A stretch of 64,000 nucleotides of DNA, taken from Octopus vulgaris (lineage: Eukaryota). The notes under the pieces are model-generated. The model was not told the DNA's origin and did not search any database. It worked only from the letters and a program-made list of their open reading frames with translations. The position numbers and the translations under genes were made by a program. Position 1 is the first letter of the stretch, and every line of letters starts with the position of its first letter. Shown here piece by piece: positions 27,574 through 41,909 of this stretch. Where the stretch lies: assembly GCA_951406725.2 (NCBI GenBank), contig OX597815.1, forward strand, positions 75,578,001-75,642,000, written 5' to 3'.

Positions 27574-28409
27574 GTTATAATTTACCATAATTTAATTTTC
27601 ATATCGAGTAGTAGCTGGCTAGTATGTTTTCTTTTGTTCATTTCCTCGAAATTCCTGGAAAAGCAGATATGCGCATTGTAACAAAAGTTGAAAGTATTAG
27701 AAATCATTACAAACTAGTGAGTTACAGATATTATTAGTAAGGATTGTGATTTGTTTATACTATGTCCTTAGCAAAGTAATTGAAATGTAAGGTATGTATT
27801 GGGGAGTTAATACAGCTATATGAGTTTGTGGAGGAATTTCTGCTATGTTTAGTCAGTTATCAATTATTTAAGGTAGCTAAGTTGTAATCAAAGTTAAGAA
27901 TTATAGAAAATGAGATTTTCAAATAAGATCTTTCGTCAAAACTTTAGTAATATGTTGTGGAGAAAAGTGCTTCATAGATAATTTATGAATACCTTAACAA
28001 CAGGTGTAGCTACAAGGATAGTGAAGGACCATTAATCAGATGACATAATTTTCATGCAACTTTATTCATATATTACATAATTCATATTTATATTTAACTT
28101 AATACTTTGTTTTCTTAATATATTCTTGAACCCTTAATTTATTTTTTGATAAATCAGATAGTTTCCAAACATACCCTTCGATCATCGCTGTATTCCAATG
28201 GTAAAGGCCTAATTATTTGCTTTCTTCACACGTGAAAACGTTTGAAGAAAGCAAAATAATTAGGCAAGTTTTTAAATATCTTCCTCTTTAAAAAATTCTT
28301 CAAATGAGATAAATGATCTTTCAGCAAAATTTATAAATGTATGTGTGAATATGTATGTATGCAAATACATCGTTAGATTTATATATACATACATGCATAG
28401 AGAGATATG

Positions 28410-28496
<87 letters not shown>

Positions 28497-28781
28497 GTAG
28501 GTAGGTAGGTAGGTAGGTAGGTAGGTAGGTAGGTAGGTAGGTAGATACGTACGTAGGTGGGTACGTAGGTAGGTAGATACATACATATATATACATACAT
28601 ACGTGCAAAAATAAATAGACAGAAGGATATACCTACATATACATACATATATATAATACACATGCACGTATACAAACACACACATACACACACGTATACA
28701 TACACATACTTAGTTTTGAGTTTTATAATGTGTATATGTATATAGATATATATACACATATATATATATATGCATATACAC

Positions 28782-28895
28782 GTATTCTTTTACTTGTTTC
28801 AGTCATTTGACTGCAGCTATACTGGAGCACCACCTTTAGTCGAGAAAATCGACCCCAGGACTTACTCTTTCTAAACCTAGTACTTGTCCTATAAA
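28782..28895 (-). mobile_element. SINE family A 3' tail fragment
   Basis: TATTCTTTTACTTGTTTCAGTCATTTGACTGC... is the reverse complement of the family A tail. Confidence 0.8.
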
Positions 28896-29849
28896 TGGAT
28901 AGACAGATACATACATACATACATACATACATACATACATACATACATACATACATACATACATACATACACACGTACATTCACACAAACATTCATGAAT
29001 ACCTAGATGAATGAGTAGATACAAAGATGAATGAATAGATGGATAGATAGGTAAATATAATTATATATGTGTGTGTGTATTTGAATGTGTATATATTCAC
29101 ATATGTATATGTATATATGTATTTGAAAACATGAGTAGAGATGGCTATTTGGGTGTAACTTTTATTTTCATAATGGTCTGAGTTTCAAGCTTCTAATAGC
29201 CATTTTCAAACTGAAAAATGTGTTTTACTGGTTGCTTAAGTAGCAAAAGATATTTTCTTACAATTATACAGACAGAATATGCTCAAAGAAGGGAAAAATA
29301 TGTAAAAAAAAAAAAATACAAAAGTATGTGTGTAGAAGAAGAAGAAGGAGAAACGCTGCCACCTTATGAACATGCCTGCATCCATTCCATTATAAAACTC
29401 TTATGCTAAACATGTGCGTGTCTCTTCGTGTGTATGTGTGTATGCATGACCTCAACCTCTGGCTAAAACCAGTATGAAATGAACATAGAGATAAAACCAG
29501 TATAAAGATAAAGAACACGGATGCCAGATGTATACAAACACACACGCACACACACACATATTCACACACGCTCATACACACGCACACATTGGTATCTCAA
29601 ATGTAAATATACATTGTCAATTTTTTATTTATTTATTTATTTATTTCTAGAAACGTAATAATGTTATTTGATGTAATTTAAATAGTTAATCTAGTAGCCT
29701 TGTGCTGTTTTGAACGAGTTAACACGCTTGAGTCTGCACAGACAACATGATATAATGAGGGGTGTCTATTCATTTTTGACGTGTTTATGCACATACATAG
29801 GTATGCGTGTATGTGCGCGCACACTAACACACGGAGTCACATATGCATA

Positions 29850-29920
<71 letters not shown>

Positions 29921-30084
29921 AATAGTTTTTCTATGCCAATCTTAATAGTTATTTTACACATACATACATACATACGTGTGTGTGTGTGTGTGTGCATGTA
30001 TGTGTGCGTGTGTGTGTGTGTAATAACTATTAGGATTGACATAGAAAAATTAATTATTAATAGAATGAAAACAATATATATGAT

Positions 30085-30421
30085 TCTTGATTCAGTACCA
30101 CTATGTGACACCATGGGCAGATGTGTTCTACTATGACCTCGGGCCGACCAGAACCTTGTGAGTGGATTTGGTAGACAGACACTGAAAGAAGCCCATCGTG
30201 TATAGGTATATATCTATGTGGGTTTTTCTTTGTATCTACATTTGACCTCCCACCATCACCGCCTCACAACCGGTGGTGGTGTGTTTACGTCCCCGTGACA
30301 TAGAAGTTCGGCTTTAAAAATTTATCCTGGGGTCGATTTGTTCGACTAAAACCCTTGAAGGTGGTGCTAAGCATGACCGCAGTCAACTGACTGAAGGATG
30401 GGAAGAATAAAGAATAAAAGA
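30085..30421 (+). mobile_element. SINE family A, 5'-truncated
   Basis: CCTCGGGCCGACCAGAACCTTGTGAGTGGATTTGGTAGAC ... GCATGACCGCAGTCAA. Confidence 0.85.
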
Positions 30422-30515
30422 GTACACACAAGAACACACACATATCCGTATATATATATATATATATATATAAACATTTACACATATATATATATATACA
30501 TACATATCCATATAC

Positions 30516-30561
<46 letters not shown>

Positions 30562-30866
30562 TTATATATATACACACACACTCACATTTATGCATAGATA
30601 TATATCTATATATACGTAACGAAGAACAACCTGTGATAACGGTAATGAAATATGAAAAAAAAAACGCTTTATATAGAATGAAATATTTACAAATAGACAA
30701 AAAAATCTGTATCCTTTTGTCATAAGAAAGATTTCTGTTTTTGTTACCGCCCTCCGTCTTTAAGATTTACAGATTTCGTGCCAGGTGCCTTTCTTTTACA
30801 TTTTCAGCATGACCGCAGTCAAATGACGGAGACAAATAAAAGAATATATATATTTCTTTCTTTTTT

Positions 30867-31087
30867 TATTCTTTTATCTGTTTCAGTCATTTTACTGCGG
30901 CCATTCTGGAGCACCGCCTTTAGTCGAACAAATCTTCTCTAGGACTTATTCTTTATAAGCCTAGTACTTATTCTATCCGTCTCTTTTTGCCGAACCGCTA
31001 TGATAGGGGAACGCAGACATGGCACCATTGGTTGTTAAGGGATGGAGGAGGGTGACAAACCCAGACGCACAAACACACACACACACA

Positions 31088-31123
<36 letters not shown>

Positions 31124-31272
31124 ACGGGCTTCTTTCAGTATCCGTCTACCAAATCCACTCACAAGGCTTTGGTCGACCCGTGGCTATAGTAGAAGGTGCC
31201 ACACGCTGGACCTGAACCCGAAACTATGTGGTTGGTAATCAAGCTACTTATCACACAGCCACTCCTGCGTCT
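30867..31272 (-). mobile_element. SINE family A, full length with internal (CA)n(TA)n
   Basis: Head, body and tail all match the other family A copies on the minus strand. Confidence 0.9.
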
Positions 31273-31337
31273 ATTTACCTAAATATATGCTCGCACATAT
31301 ATATATTTATTTGTATATACATACAAGCATATATATG

Positions 31338-31388
<51 letters not shown>

Positions 31389-31421
31389 GTATGAATATAT
31401 ATACACGCACACATACATACA

Positions 31422-31469
<48 letters not shown>

Positions 31470-31548
31470 TGAATATATGCAACATACTCTATATACAAAC
31501 GAATAAATACATGCGTATATGCATACATATATATACACGCATATATAG

Positions 31549-31602
<54 letters not shown>

Positions 31603-32653
31603 CATATATGTTTATGATTACATCCATACATTTTCACATCAGTGCAAAACACGCAAGCACTGATAGAGAACACGTATAGTATGTTAAACTACACACCTAA
31701 CAAACAGTTCAGTGACAACCTAGTGAGTCGTATGCAAATATATTCCATCGGCTGCCATAAAAATCGAGTAATGCATTTGTTGAGCCTGGCTCTATTAGCA
31801 TTTAAAATGGCGTTACATAGGACAAGCGTGTCCAAAGCACATGAAAATGTGCTACGAAGCTTTGTAACGACAAGCTATGAAGATATAATGCTGTTAGCAG
31901 TCTATATTAATAAAGCGAAACATCATCTTTGTATGTGTTTGTGCGTATTTCTATTCGTGCATCGGTGTGCGTGTATGTGTTTTTATATATGTATATGTAT
32001 ATATATATGTATATATATGTATATATATGTACATAAGCTTATATATTTATATGTACATAAGCTTATATATTTATGCAAATATATACGTAGGGATGTGTTC
32101 ATACATATGTAGATAATAGTATATCCTTACATACATATGTCTATGTTTTCACATACACATACACACACGCACATATATATACACACACACATACAGACAC
32201 ACACACTAACACGCACGCGCACAGACACGCAGACACAAAAAATGTGTGTTTGTATAGGGATACATATAATATATAAATATATATATATATTTATATATAT
32301 ATATATATATATACACATATATATTTGTGTTTATCTATATATATATACATGCATACATATATGACCACACGTGTAGTCATATATGTATGTTTATATATGT
32401 ACATATATGCGTGCGTTTGTGTATATGTGTGTGTATAAATATATATATACACTGTTATATATTCATGTATGTAATATTTAGATATTTGTTACATACATAT
32501 GGGTTATACATGTGTTATACGTATGTGTGTGTTGTTTATATGCTGTATTGATATATATGTCATATAAATATATGTATGTGTGTGCCTGTGTGTACATATA
32601 TCTATGTATGATATATAAATTATATATATATATATATATATATGATGCATAGG

Positions 32654-32691
<38 letters not shown>

Positions 32692-33167
32692 ATATATATA
32701 TATGATAGACATACAAATACACACAGGTACACAGGCACAAACACACTCACATACACACACACACACATACGCACACATTGCGCACGCACACACATACACA
32801 AGCACACTGACTAAGACACACATCCACTGTCTCGCGCTCGCGTCTGTGCCTTCATTTATCCATATAAGCATAAATTGATATATTTACTACTTTGGAAAAT
32901 TCCATTCCGTCGTATATTTTCACAACAAACAAACACAAAAAAGATTCGTTTTAAGTGAACTTTATCTGTAACGTGAAAATTGGGTAGACGGAATGGAAAA
33001 TATAAATTTATTGCTTTATTTGTTCGATTCAAAGTATGTATATAGGCATATATCTTTATGAGCCGATAGTTTGATAAGGTAGGACTCCATATTGTGATCA
33101 CAGACACTGAAAGCGTGAGAGAGAGAGAGAGGGGGGAGAGAGGAAGAGAGCGGAAAGAATTTCTGCA

Positions 33168-33212
<45 letters not shown>

Positions 33213-34142
33213 AGTGGCCACCTCTTGGCTTGCCAAAACTCTCTTTATTAACATTTCTGTCGTCAGGTTGTAGTATATAACCTCTTAGAGAATGTGAAAT
33301 GATGGACAATGAATAAACATAAACGGGAGGGAAAAGGAGCGGGGAGAACATAATGGAGATTAGAATGAGGTGGAATAGTGGAGGAGGAGGAGGAGGAGGA
33401 GGAGGGGACTAGGGTGAGGGGGAAGGGAAGAAGAAGGAGAAGGAGGAGGAGAAGGAGGTGGAGGAGGAGGAGAAGAAGGAGAAGGAGAAGAAGAAGAAGG
33501 AGAAGGAAAAGAGGGAAAAGAATGAGAAGGAAAAGAAGAATGAGAAGGAAAAGACGAAATTAGGGGGGGGGAATACAATAATAATGATGCTGGAGTGGCG
33601 ATGTTGATGATGATGATGATGGTATGGACGACGGCGATGAGGGGAAGGAGGAGAGGATGTAAAAGAAGAGAAAGAGGTAGATGTAAAAGAAGAAAACGAA
33701 TGATTGAATGTGGAAAAAAGTGGCGCTGAAAAAAGGATTATTTCGACGAGGAGAATGAAGAGGAGGAGGCGGTGAAAGATAAAGGCCAGAACTGCCATGA
33801 ACATAGAGACATGATATACTGTAAGGGGTGTAAAATTAGATCTATTTCCTAATTATTTATCTAATCGTATACATAGGATGTGCAAACATATACACTAATT
33901 CACCGAAGAACTGATTGTTGTGAAATATATATGTATACGGATATGCTTGAATGTGCAAATAGATATGCATGAATGTATATGGATATGCGTGAATGTATAT
34001 GTATATACATATGTGTCTATATATGCATGCATATATGTGTGTGTATGTATATATGTGTGTGTGTGTGTATGCACGTAACACACACGCACCCATCCAGACA
34101 CACACACACACTCATATACATACATGTATGTATGTATGTATG

Positions 34143-34207
<65 letters not shown>

Positions 34208-34820
34208 ATATATATATAACTGAAGAATCTTTTTGAAGTCACTGTTCGACTAAAATTCTTCAACTAGGTGATGCAGCAGGGCTGCAGTCTAATGATTGAA
34301 ACTAATAAAATACAAACAGTAAAAGAAATAGTGTGTGCGTGCGTGTGTGTGTGTGTGTGCTCGTGTGTGTAAGAGAGAGAGAGAAAACATAATTTCTTTT
34401 CTAACAACATATATTCCATAGCCATATGGTATTTTTCATCAAGTGGTATACGCTTGATATTAACATCATCATCATCATCAACATCGTTATCCGCTTCATC
34501 ATCGTATGTATAATTATATACATAAAATAATCCTATATGTATGTATATGGTTGAAGCGACGGCGGCGATGTTGATAATGAAAGAGGAGGAAAAAGAGAAT
34601 GGGATGGAAGAGAAACTGATGGTGGGAACGACAATGATAATAGTGATGATGAGCCAGGGGACGGCAAGGACGATGATGACGATGAACACGTACTTATTAT
34701 GAAACCACTTGATGATAGACAAGAATTGTATGTATGTATGTATGTATGTATGTATGTATGTATGTATGTCTGTATGTATGTATGTATGTATGTATGTATG
34801 TATGTATGTATGTATGTATG

Positions 34821-35170
34821 TCGTTATTTAGTTTTATTTGAAGATTTCATGCCAATAGAGCCAGTTTCTAATCTAGATCCAAGGTTCCTTCAATGGAATG
34901 TCAACAACATCACCTGGGTAATTTTGTATGGATGTATATGTGTAGATTTGTATGTTTGTTTTATGTATGTATTCTCATGCATATAGCTGCATGTCTAGAC
35001 ATGCTCATATACACTTAAATGATAAACTCCAGCAAAGTTTCACAGATTTTTATAGTTCCAGTGATGGCTTGGATCTTTAGTCTTCGAAACAGCTTTCTCC
35101 ATTCTGGTTTCGAGAAGCATAATTTCTCAAGATTGGTACTTCGGCAGTGTGTTATATATCCTAGTGGCCC
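34821..35170 (-). mobile_element. R4/Dong-like LINE, short 3' fragment
   Basis: Colinear with 45945-46455 (GTTTCTAATCTAGATC, AGTTCCAGTGAT, TCTCAAGATTG). (TATG)n on both sides. Confidence 0.85.
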
Positions 35171-35295
35171 GTATGTATGTATGCATGAATGCATTTATGC
35201 ATGCATTATGTATTCTTACCGGAAATCATGCGACAACAATAATATTCTTTTCTACTCTAGGTATATGGCCCGAAATTTTTGGGGAAAAGGGACAC

Positions 35296-35375
<80 letters not shown>

Positions 35376-35389
35376 TATATGTATATATG

Positions 35390-35420
<31 letters not shown>

Positions 35421-35428
<8 letters not shown>

Positions 35429-35795
35429 CAAAGGAATTCTAACTCCGTCTGTTATGTTTTATTTATATTCTTTATAATATTGATGTAGAATATAGAATAT
35501 ATAGTATAAATAGTATATATAGTGAAAATGAAATGAAGTAATGATTTTCTTATTGAATAGATGAAATATTGAATATCAAATATTAAGGGACTAGTATACT
35601 TTCTTGCATTAAAGCAGTTTTCAAGATCCCAGGTTGTGACAGGAGTGTTTCAACAGGAGTCTATTCAATAAGACAATCAATACTTCATTTCATTTTACTA
35701 TATATACTATTTATACTATATATTCTACATCCATATTATAAAGAATTTAAATAAAACATAAAAAACAGAGTTGGAATTCCTTTGAATAGTATATA
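35421..35795. repeat. Long inverted repeat, about 140-bp arms, spacer 35562-35659
   Basis: TATTCAAAGGAATTC...CTTATTGAATAGA pairs with TCTATTCAATAAG...GAATTCCTTTGAATA. TA-tract context. Confidence 0.9.
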
Positions 35796-35946
35796 TCCGT
35801 CTATACACAATCATATAAACCCCTTTATATATATGTATAGAAGGGAGTCAGAAAAAGGCAGAATGCCACTTAAATCTGAACACTACTATAGAAATATTCT
35901 TTTAAAAAAACTTTTCTTCTAATTTTTCTAAATTTAATTATTTAAT

Positions 35947-35994
35947 CGTTACAGTTGAAAAGGTCTCAAAATGACCGAAACCGGTACTGAAATG
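35947..35994 (+). ncRNA. Minimal hammerhead motif with U3-A8 core variant
   Basis: CGTTACAG-TTGAAAA-GGTC(TCAAAAT)GACC-GAAA-CCGGTA-CTGAAATG. Stem I has 8 positions with one mismatch, stem II is 4 bp, stem III is palindromic ACCGGT, GUA site after 35986. Confidence 0.7.
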
Positions 35995-36080
35995 TTCACT
36001 ATAAAATTATTTTAGCATTTTCTATTTTTTGCTTGTTTTTTCATATATATCAACTCGGGTGTTCCTTTTCACCCTTATAC

Positions 36081-36227
<147 letters not shown>

Positions 36228-36348
36228 GTATGTATATATATATATATATACAGATATATGTATATATATATATATACACATATATATATATTCACAGATA
36301 TATGTATGTATATATATTCACAGATATATGTATACATGTATATACACA

Positions 36349-36387
<39 letters not shown>

Positions 36388-36623
36388 ACACAGATATATG
36401 CATATATATACACAGATTTATGTATATATATATATATATTCGCAGATATATGTGTATATATACATAAATATATATAAATTTAAAATGAGGATGGGAAATA
36501 TGATATTAATTTAGTAAACATCAATTTCACATCAGTGGTCTAGCATATAAAAATCTGAAGATTCAGTAAAATTGTATGTGTGTGTATTTATATATATATA
36601 TATATATATACAGATATATGTAT

Positions 36624-36760
<137 letters not shown>

Positions 36761-36875
36761 TATATGTATATATATACACACCCACACATAGATTTATGTG
36801 TATATATATACACAGATGTATATATATACACACACAGATATATGTATATATATATACGTATATGTATATATACAG

Positions 36876-37059
36876 GGAGGCGCAATGAAGTGGTTAGTGT
36901 AGTGGACTCGTGGTCGTAGGATCGCGGTTTCGATCCCAGACCAGGCATTGTGAGTATTTATTGAGCGAAAATACCTAAAGCTCAATGAGACTCCGGCAGG
37001 GGGTGGTGGCGACTCCTGCTGTATTCTTTCCCCACAACTTTCTCTCACTCTTTCTTCTG
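36876..37059 (+). mobile_element. SINE family C, 5' part
   Basis: Aligns with 24232-24402. Confidence 0.85.
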
Positions 37060-37068
37060 AGGCATATG

Positions 37069-37149
<81 letters not shown>

Positions 37150-37605
37150 TATATGTATATACAGATATATGTATATGTAAGCGAGTGTATATGTAGGTAT
37201 ATATATGTGTGTAATTATGTGTATTTATGTCGGTATATATATATATATATGAAGGGACGTGTCTATGTGGTTGTGCAAACTTGATCATAAGGTCGTCGAA
37301 TCGATTTCTGCTTCGAGTGGCCCGTCATATTCTTGACGCTGGCAAGAAATGAGTATTAAAACCTAACAGAGTGCATAGTTAGTGCTAAGCTAATGAAGTA
37401 GAGCTAATGAGTCAATGTTATGGTCAACAGCTTACAAGCATGAGGCGGGATATATGCGTCAGTGGACTGTTATATTGTTCTTATACAAACTTACACACAC
37501 ACTGATATAAGCACGCATATATGTTTACGTATGTGTAACTGTCAAAAAAATATGTATATGTGTAAACGTATGTGCATGCGCATACATAGATAGATAGATA
37601 GATAT

Positions 37606-37672
<67 letters not shown>

Positions 37673-37768
37673 CTATTTTGCTACAAATAAGTAATTACTT
37701 TAATTTAAATCATTTTTATACACAACTTCATTACTTAAGGTAAAGATAAATAAATAAATAGATGTATG

Positions 37769-37819
<51 letters not shown>

Positions 37820-37836
37820 ATATACATATATATATG

Positions 37837-37932
<96 letters not shown>

Positions 37933-37934
<2 letters not shown>

Positions 37935-38143
37935 CGTGGGTTGCTAAAAGTTCCTGGCTTTAAAGGTATCTCGAAAGGCCTGGCTGGAGGCCCAACCTTT
38001 TGAGTTCTTTTACAAGCCATAGAAAATTGAGGGACCGTTGCAATACGTGAATCTGGGTGGAATACGTTGAATAAAATTATAGTTCACTGATCCTCCTTTA
38101 TTTTCTTTTACCCAAAGCCAGAAATTTTTCAGCACCCCTCGTA
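37933..38143. mobile_element. Mariner-derived MITE
   Basis: TIRs TACGTGGGTTGCTAAAAGTTCCTGGCTTT and reverse-complement TACGAGGGGTGCTGAAAAATTTCTGGCTTT. TA targets. Internal GAATACGTTGAATAA (EYVE*) resembles a mariner C-terminus. Confidence 0.85.
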
Positions 38144-38617
38144 TATATGTAGCATAGTGGTGTGGTGGTGGGTGGGGTAAAATCAGATAGTTCTCCATAA
38201 ATCAGTATAAAAAAAACAACCTCTAAAAGTGAATTATTTAAGCGGCTATACTTTTATATTGTCGAGCAGTGTATTACAGGTCATAGCAGATAACTCGTCA
38301 GAATATCATCAGTGGTTTCGTGCCGACTATTGCACTAGGCAATTTTAACTATTCCTGATATGGTGGCCAGAAGTGCATAACCTCTTTTATGCTGAAGGTA
38401 TATATAAACCCTGGTTGTCTCGTTGTTGGTAAATAGAACTGGAAAGAAACAGAGAAAAAAAATTATTTTCGCGAAGATAAATGATATAATTTTTACCTCC
38501 TAGAAAATGGTATAATTTTCTTTTTTCTTAATATTTCAGGATCTATATATATCTCCAGCATAAGAGAGGTTATTCCGGTCACCACGTCGGAACAGTCTTC
38601 AATATTGCCAAGTGCAA

Positions 38618-39010
38618 AGCAGCGAGCTGGCAAGAATGTTAGCACGCCAGGCGAAATGCGTAGCCGCATTTCGTCTGCCGTTACGTTCTGAGTTCAAATT
38701 CCGCCGAGGTCGACTTTGCTTTTCATCCTTTCGGGGTCGATAAATTAAGTGCCAGTTACGCACTGGGGTCTATATAATCGACTTAATCCGTTTGTCTGTC
38801 CTTGTTTGTCCTCTCTGTTAGCCCCTTGTGGGTAGTAAAGAAATAGGTATTTCTTCTGCCTTTACGTTCTGAGTACAAATTTCGCCGAGGTTGACTTTGC
38901 CTTTCAACCTTTCGGGGTCGATAAATTAGGTACCAGTTGCAAACTGGTGTCGATCTAATCGACTGGCCCCCTCCCCAAAAATGTCGGGCCTTGTGCCTAG
39001 AGTAGAAAAG
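38618..39010 (+). mobile_element. Composite (partial dimer) SINE family B with 17-bp TSD
   Basis: Perfect TSD AATATTGCCAAGTGCAA at 38601-38617 and 39011-39027. The core GACTTTGC.TTTCA.CCTTTCGGGGTCGATAAATTA.GT occurs twice. Confidence 0.92.
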
Positions 39011-39396
39011 AATATTGCCAAGTGCAATAGTCGCTACAAAACCGACGGTTACATTTTGACCAGTCGTATGCCATAACCGGTAAAGTACTGATATATGTAT
39101 GTATGTTTATAGATTCACGCACACCTAGACATTTGAAACGAAAGAGAGAAAAGACATTTTGCTTGGCAGCGTTTTCCCCATACTTCACTCATCAATGGTT
39201 GTCACATTATTTGTAACAATGTCTTAATTTGATACAGACATTGTTCATACTGTTATCAACACATTTTTTTATTTAATTTTATTTTTAAGTATTATTTTCA
39301 GAGACATGATAATTTATTCTTGTTAACTGCTACGTATGAAATTCGATATTCGGCAACAAAATTTGTGGTCAAGCATAAGAAGTAGAAACAGTTACT

Positions 39397-39440
<44 letters not shown>

Positions 39441-39758
39441 TCTCTACTGAAATACTATCACTTCCACCACTGTCAGCAACAGAGCAAATTCTACAACTTC
39501 ACTCAGTATTGGTAAGATGCGTAGTTATAGCTTATGTAAAACAAGACACTAATATAAGCCGCATGGAGATTTGCAATGTTTCTCGAGCAAAATCTTTGTG
39601 TATCTATAACGTATATATAAAGTCCGTTTATGTCAAATGTCTTGACATATGTGTGGATGAGATATAATGAGGAAACTTGTTTTTAGTTTATTGAAGAAGT
39701 AAGACACACAAAAGCTAACTGGATTATATGTCTTGCTTTCAGCTGAAATGAGTCGTGA

Positions 39759-39793
<35 letters not shown>

Positions 39794-40540
39794 CTATGTT
39801 AGTGTTCGTTGACACTGTGTGGCTGAATGTATAAAAAGTTTGCTTCGCAACCACTATATCCGAGTTCAATCCTATGGCGTAGTAACATGATTTTGTGTCA
39901 ATTTTTACAACCTGGTGTCGAATCAGAGTTTGTGAGTGATACTGGATAGCTGGAAACTGTATAAATCTCGACTGGTGGATCGTACCAGTATTTAGAAAGG
40001 TATATCTTTCTTACACGCTGTGTCATGTTGATTCTGCCGCAGAGAGTTACGTTAAGGGTGTACGTGCCTGTGGGATACTCAGGCACTTACACTTTAAAAC
40101 AATGAGAAGGTAAATCAGTCAACAGAACAACTAAATGTTCATCGTTGAACGACAAAGATCCCTCACCAATCTCCAGGGCGGACAATGAACTACTGATAAA
40201 TAAATGATGTTTCAATAAGACAGACAAAGAAAGAGGGTTACAAAAGGAGTGATGAGAAGCAAAGAAACGAAGGGATGGGAGAGGGGAAAACATGAATGAA
40301 TAGTGAAACAGAGTTCAAAAGAATGGTTCAGTGCGTGTGAGATTATTTGAAAATGTGATGAATTTGTTCGCAAAAACTGAATAAAAGATAATTATACTTA
40401 TATAATAATGATGTCTAGCACATACTCAGTCTCAAGCTTAGAATGATAAGAATACAGTCGAGTTGATCGACCCCATTACTTGACTGCAATCAATCAATCA
40501 ATCAATCAATCAATAATAATGATAATAATAATAATAATTT

Positions 40541-40762
40541 AACACTTTGGCACAAGGCCAGCAATTTCAGGGAAGGGAATAAGTCAAGAACATCGATCCC
40601 TACCTCACCTCGCCCCACCGAGTTCAACCGGTACTGATTTTATCAACACCAAAAGGATGAAAGGCAAAGTCGACCTCAGTGGAATTTGGACTCAGAACCT
40701 GAAGACGGACGAAATACCGCTAAGCATTTTCCCCGGCGCGCTAACGATTCCGCCAGGTCGCG
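40541..40762 (-). mobile_element. SINE family B
   Basis: AAAGGATGAAAGGCAAAGTCGACCTC...GCGCTAACGATTC is the reverse complement of family B. Confidence 0.88.
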
Positions 40763-40807
40763 ACTAGAAGAAGGTGGTGGTGGTAGTGGTGGTAGTGGTG
40801 GTGGTGG

Positions 40808-40857
<50 letters not shown>

Positions 40858-41909
40858 TTGATGAAGAAGAAGATGAAACTGGATTTAAGATTCTACAAAT
40901 TAAACTGCAACCAATTTTCCCCAGAAAAGTCTTTCATAAGATTACTTATGAAAGATATCCTGCTAAAATGATAAGGAAGAGGGGATGGTGGCGGTGGTTG
41001 TTGGGATAGAAATGTTTTCTTGGTGGGTCAAAACAAAGCCAGACGATGACCGCGCCGGCGGCCGTCGTCGTCTCGTTGACATTGTAGTCGTAGTGGTAGG
41101 AATAATGAAAAAGCATTCAATAAGTTTTCTTCAGTCACTACATTTAAGATACGAATATATTTGTTTTCTTTTCATTTATTTACTCAACGCCAAAATTCAG
41201 CCTAGTTAACTAGTTAGCTATCTCTTTCTTTTAATCCTGTCATTTATAAACACTTCTAATGTCCTTAACTCATCAAGGATTCGTAGAAATAGATGGTATT
41301 ATATGTGGGCTTCTATACCTAGGACAAAAGTAAAAGATAATGTTTAGAAAATAACTATTCCTGTACAGATGTAACAAAATGGTAGCCAAGGATTGCTTTG
41401 TTACAACACAGGTTAATGAACATTAAGAGTTTAACTATCAGCCTTTATCAATATACTTTAATTTCATTTTTATGTTAATTATCGATTAATATTATGCGTA
41501 TTGTGCATGAATATAATTTCTACGTAAAACGGATTTTGGCAGATTTCATGAGAAAAAGGTAGTAATAATCACTCCAATTTTTATTTCTTTCCTGTTACTC
41601 TGGAGAGATGAGTACTATCTATAAATACATGAAAGTTCCTCCAAGACTGAAAAATTATTCTCATTGCTTGAGGTACATTTCTGTGATTACTATCGGAGAC
41701 AGAAACGATACAGACTACATTGGCTATGATCGCTGAAAAATGAATTAGTTCACATGGAGATGGATACATCTCTCATACGTTGCTGTTATAGATAGCGAAA
41801 CAAAGTACTGATTCCATGCATCCATGGTAACTCACGATGATTTAGGACTAAATTTTTATCCGCCTAAAAATAATAAAATCGAGCTAGTAGTCTGTTACTT
41901 TTGAGTCAC

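Noticed and set aside
33240-33275. Minus-strand CTGACGA-CA-GAAATGTT as a hammerhead
   Set aside because: Only 2 nt between the boxes and no stems.
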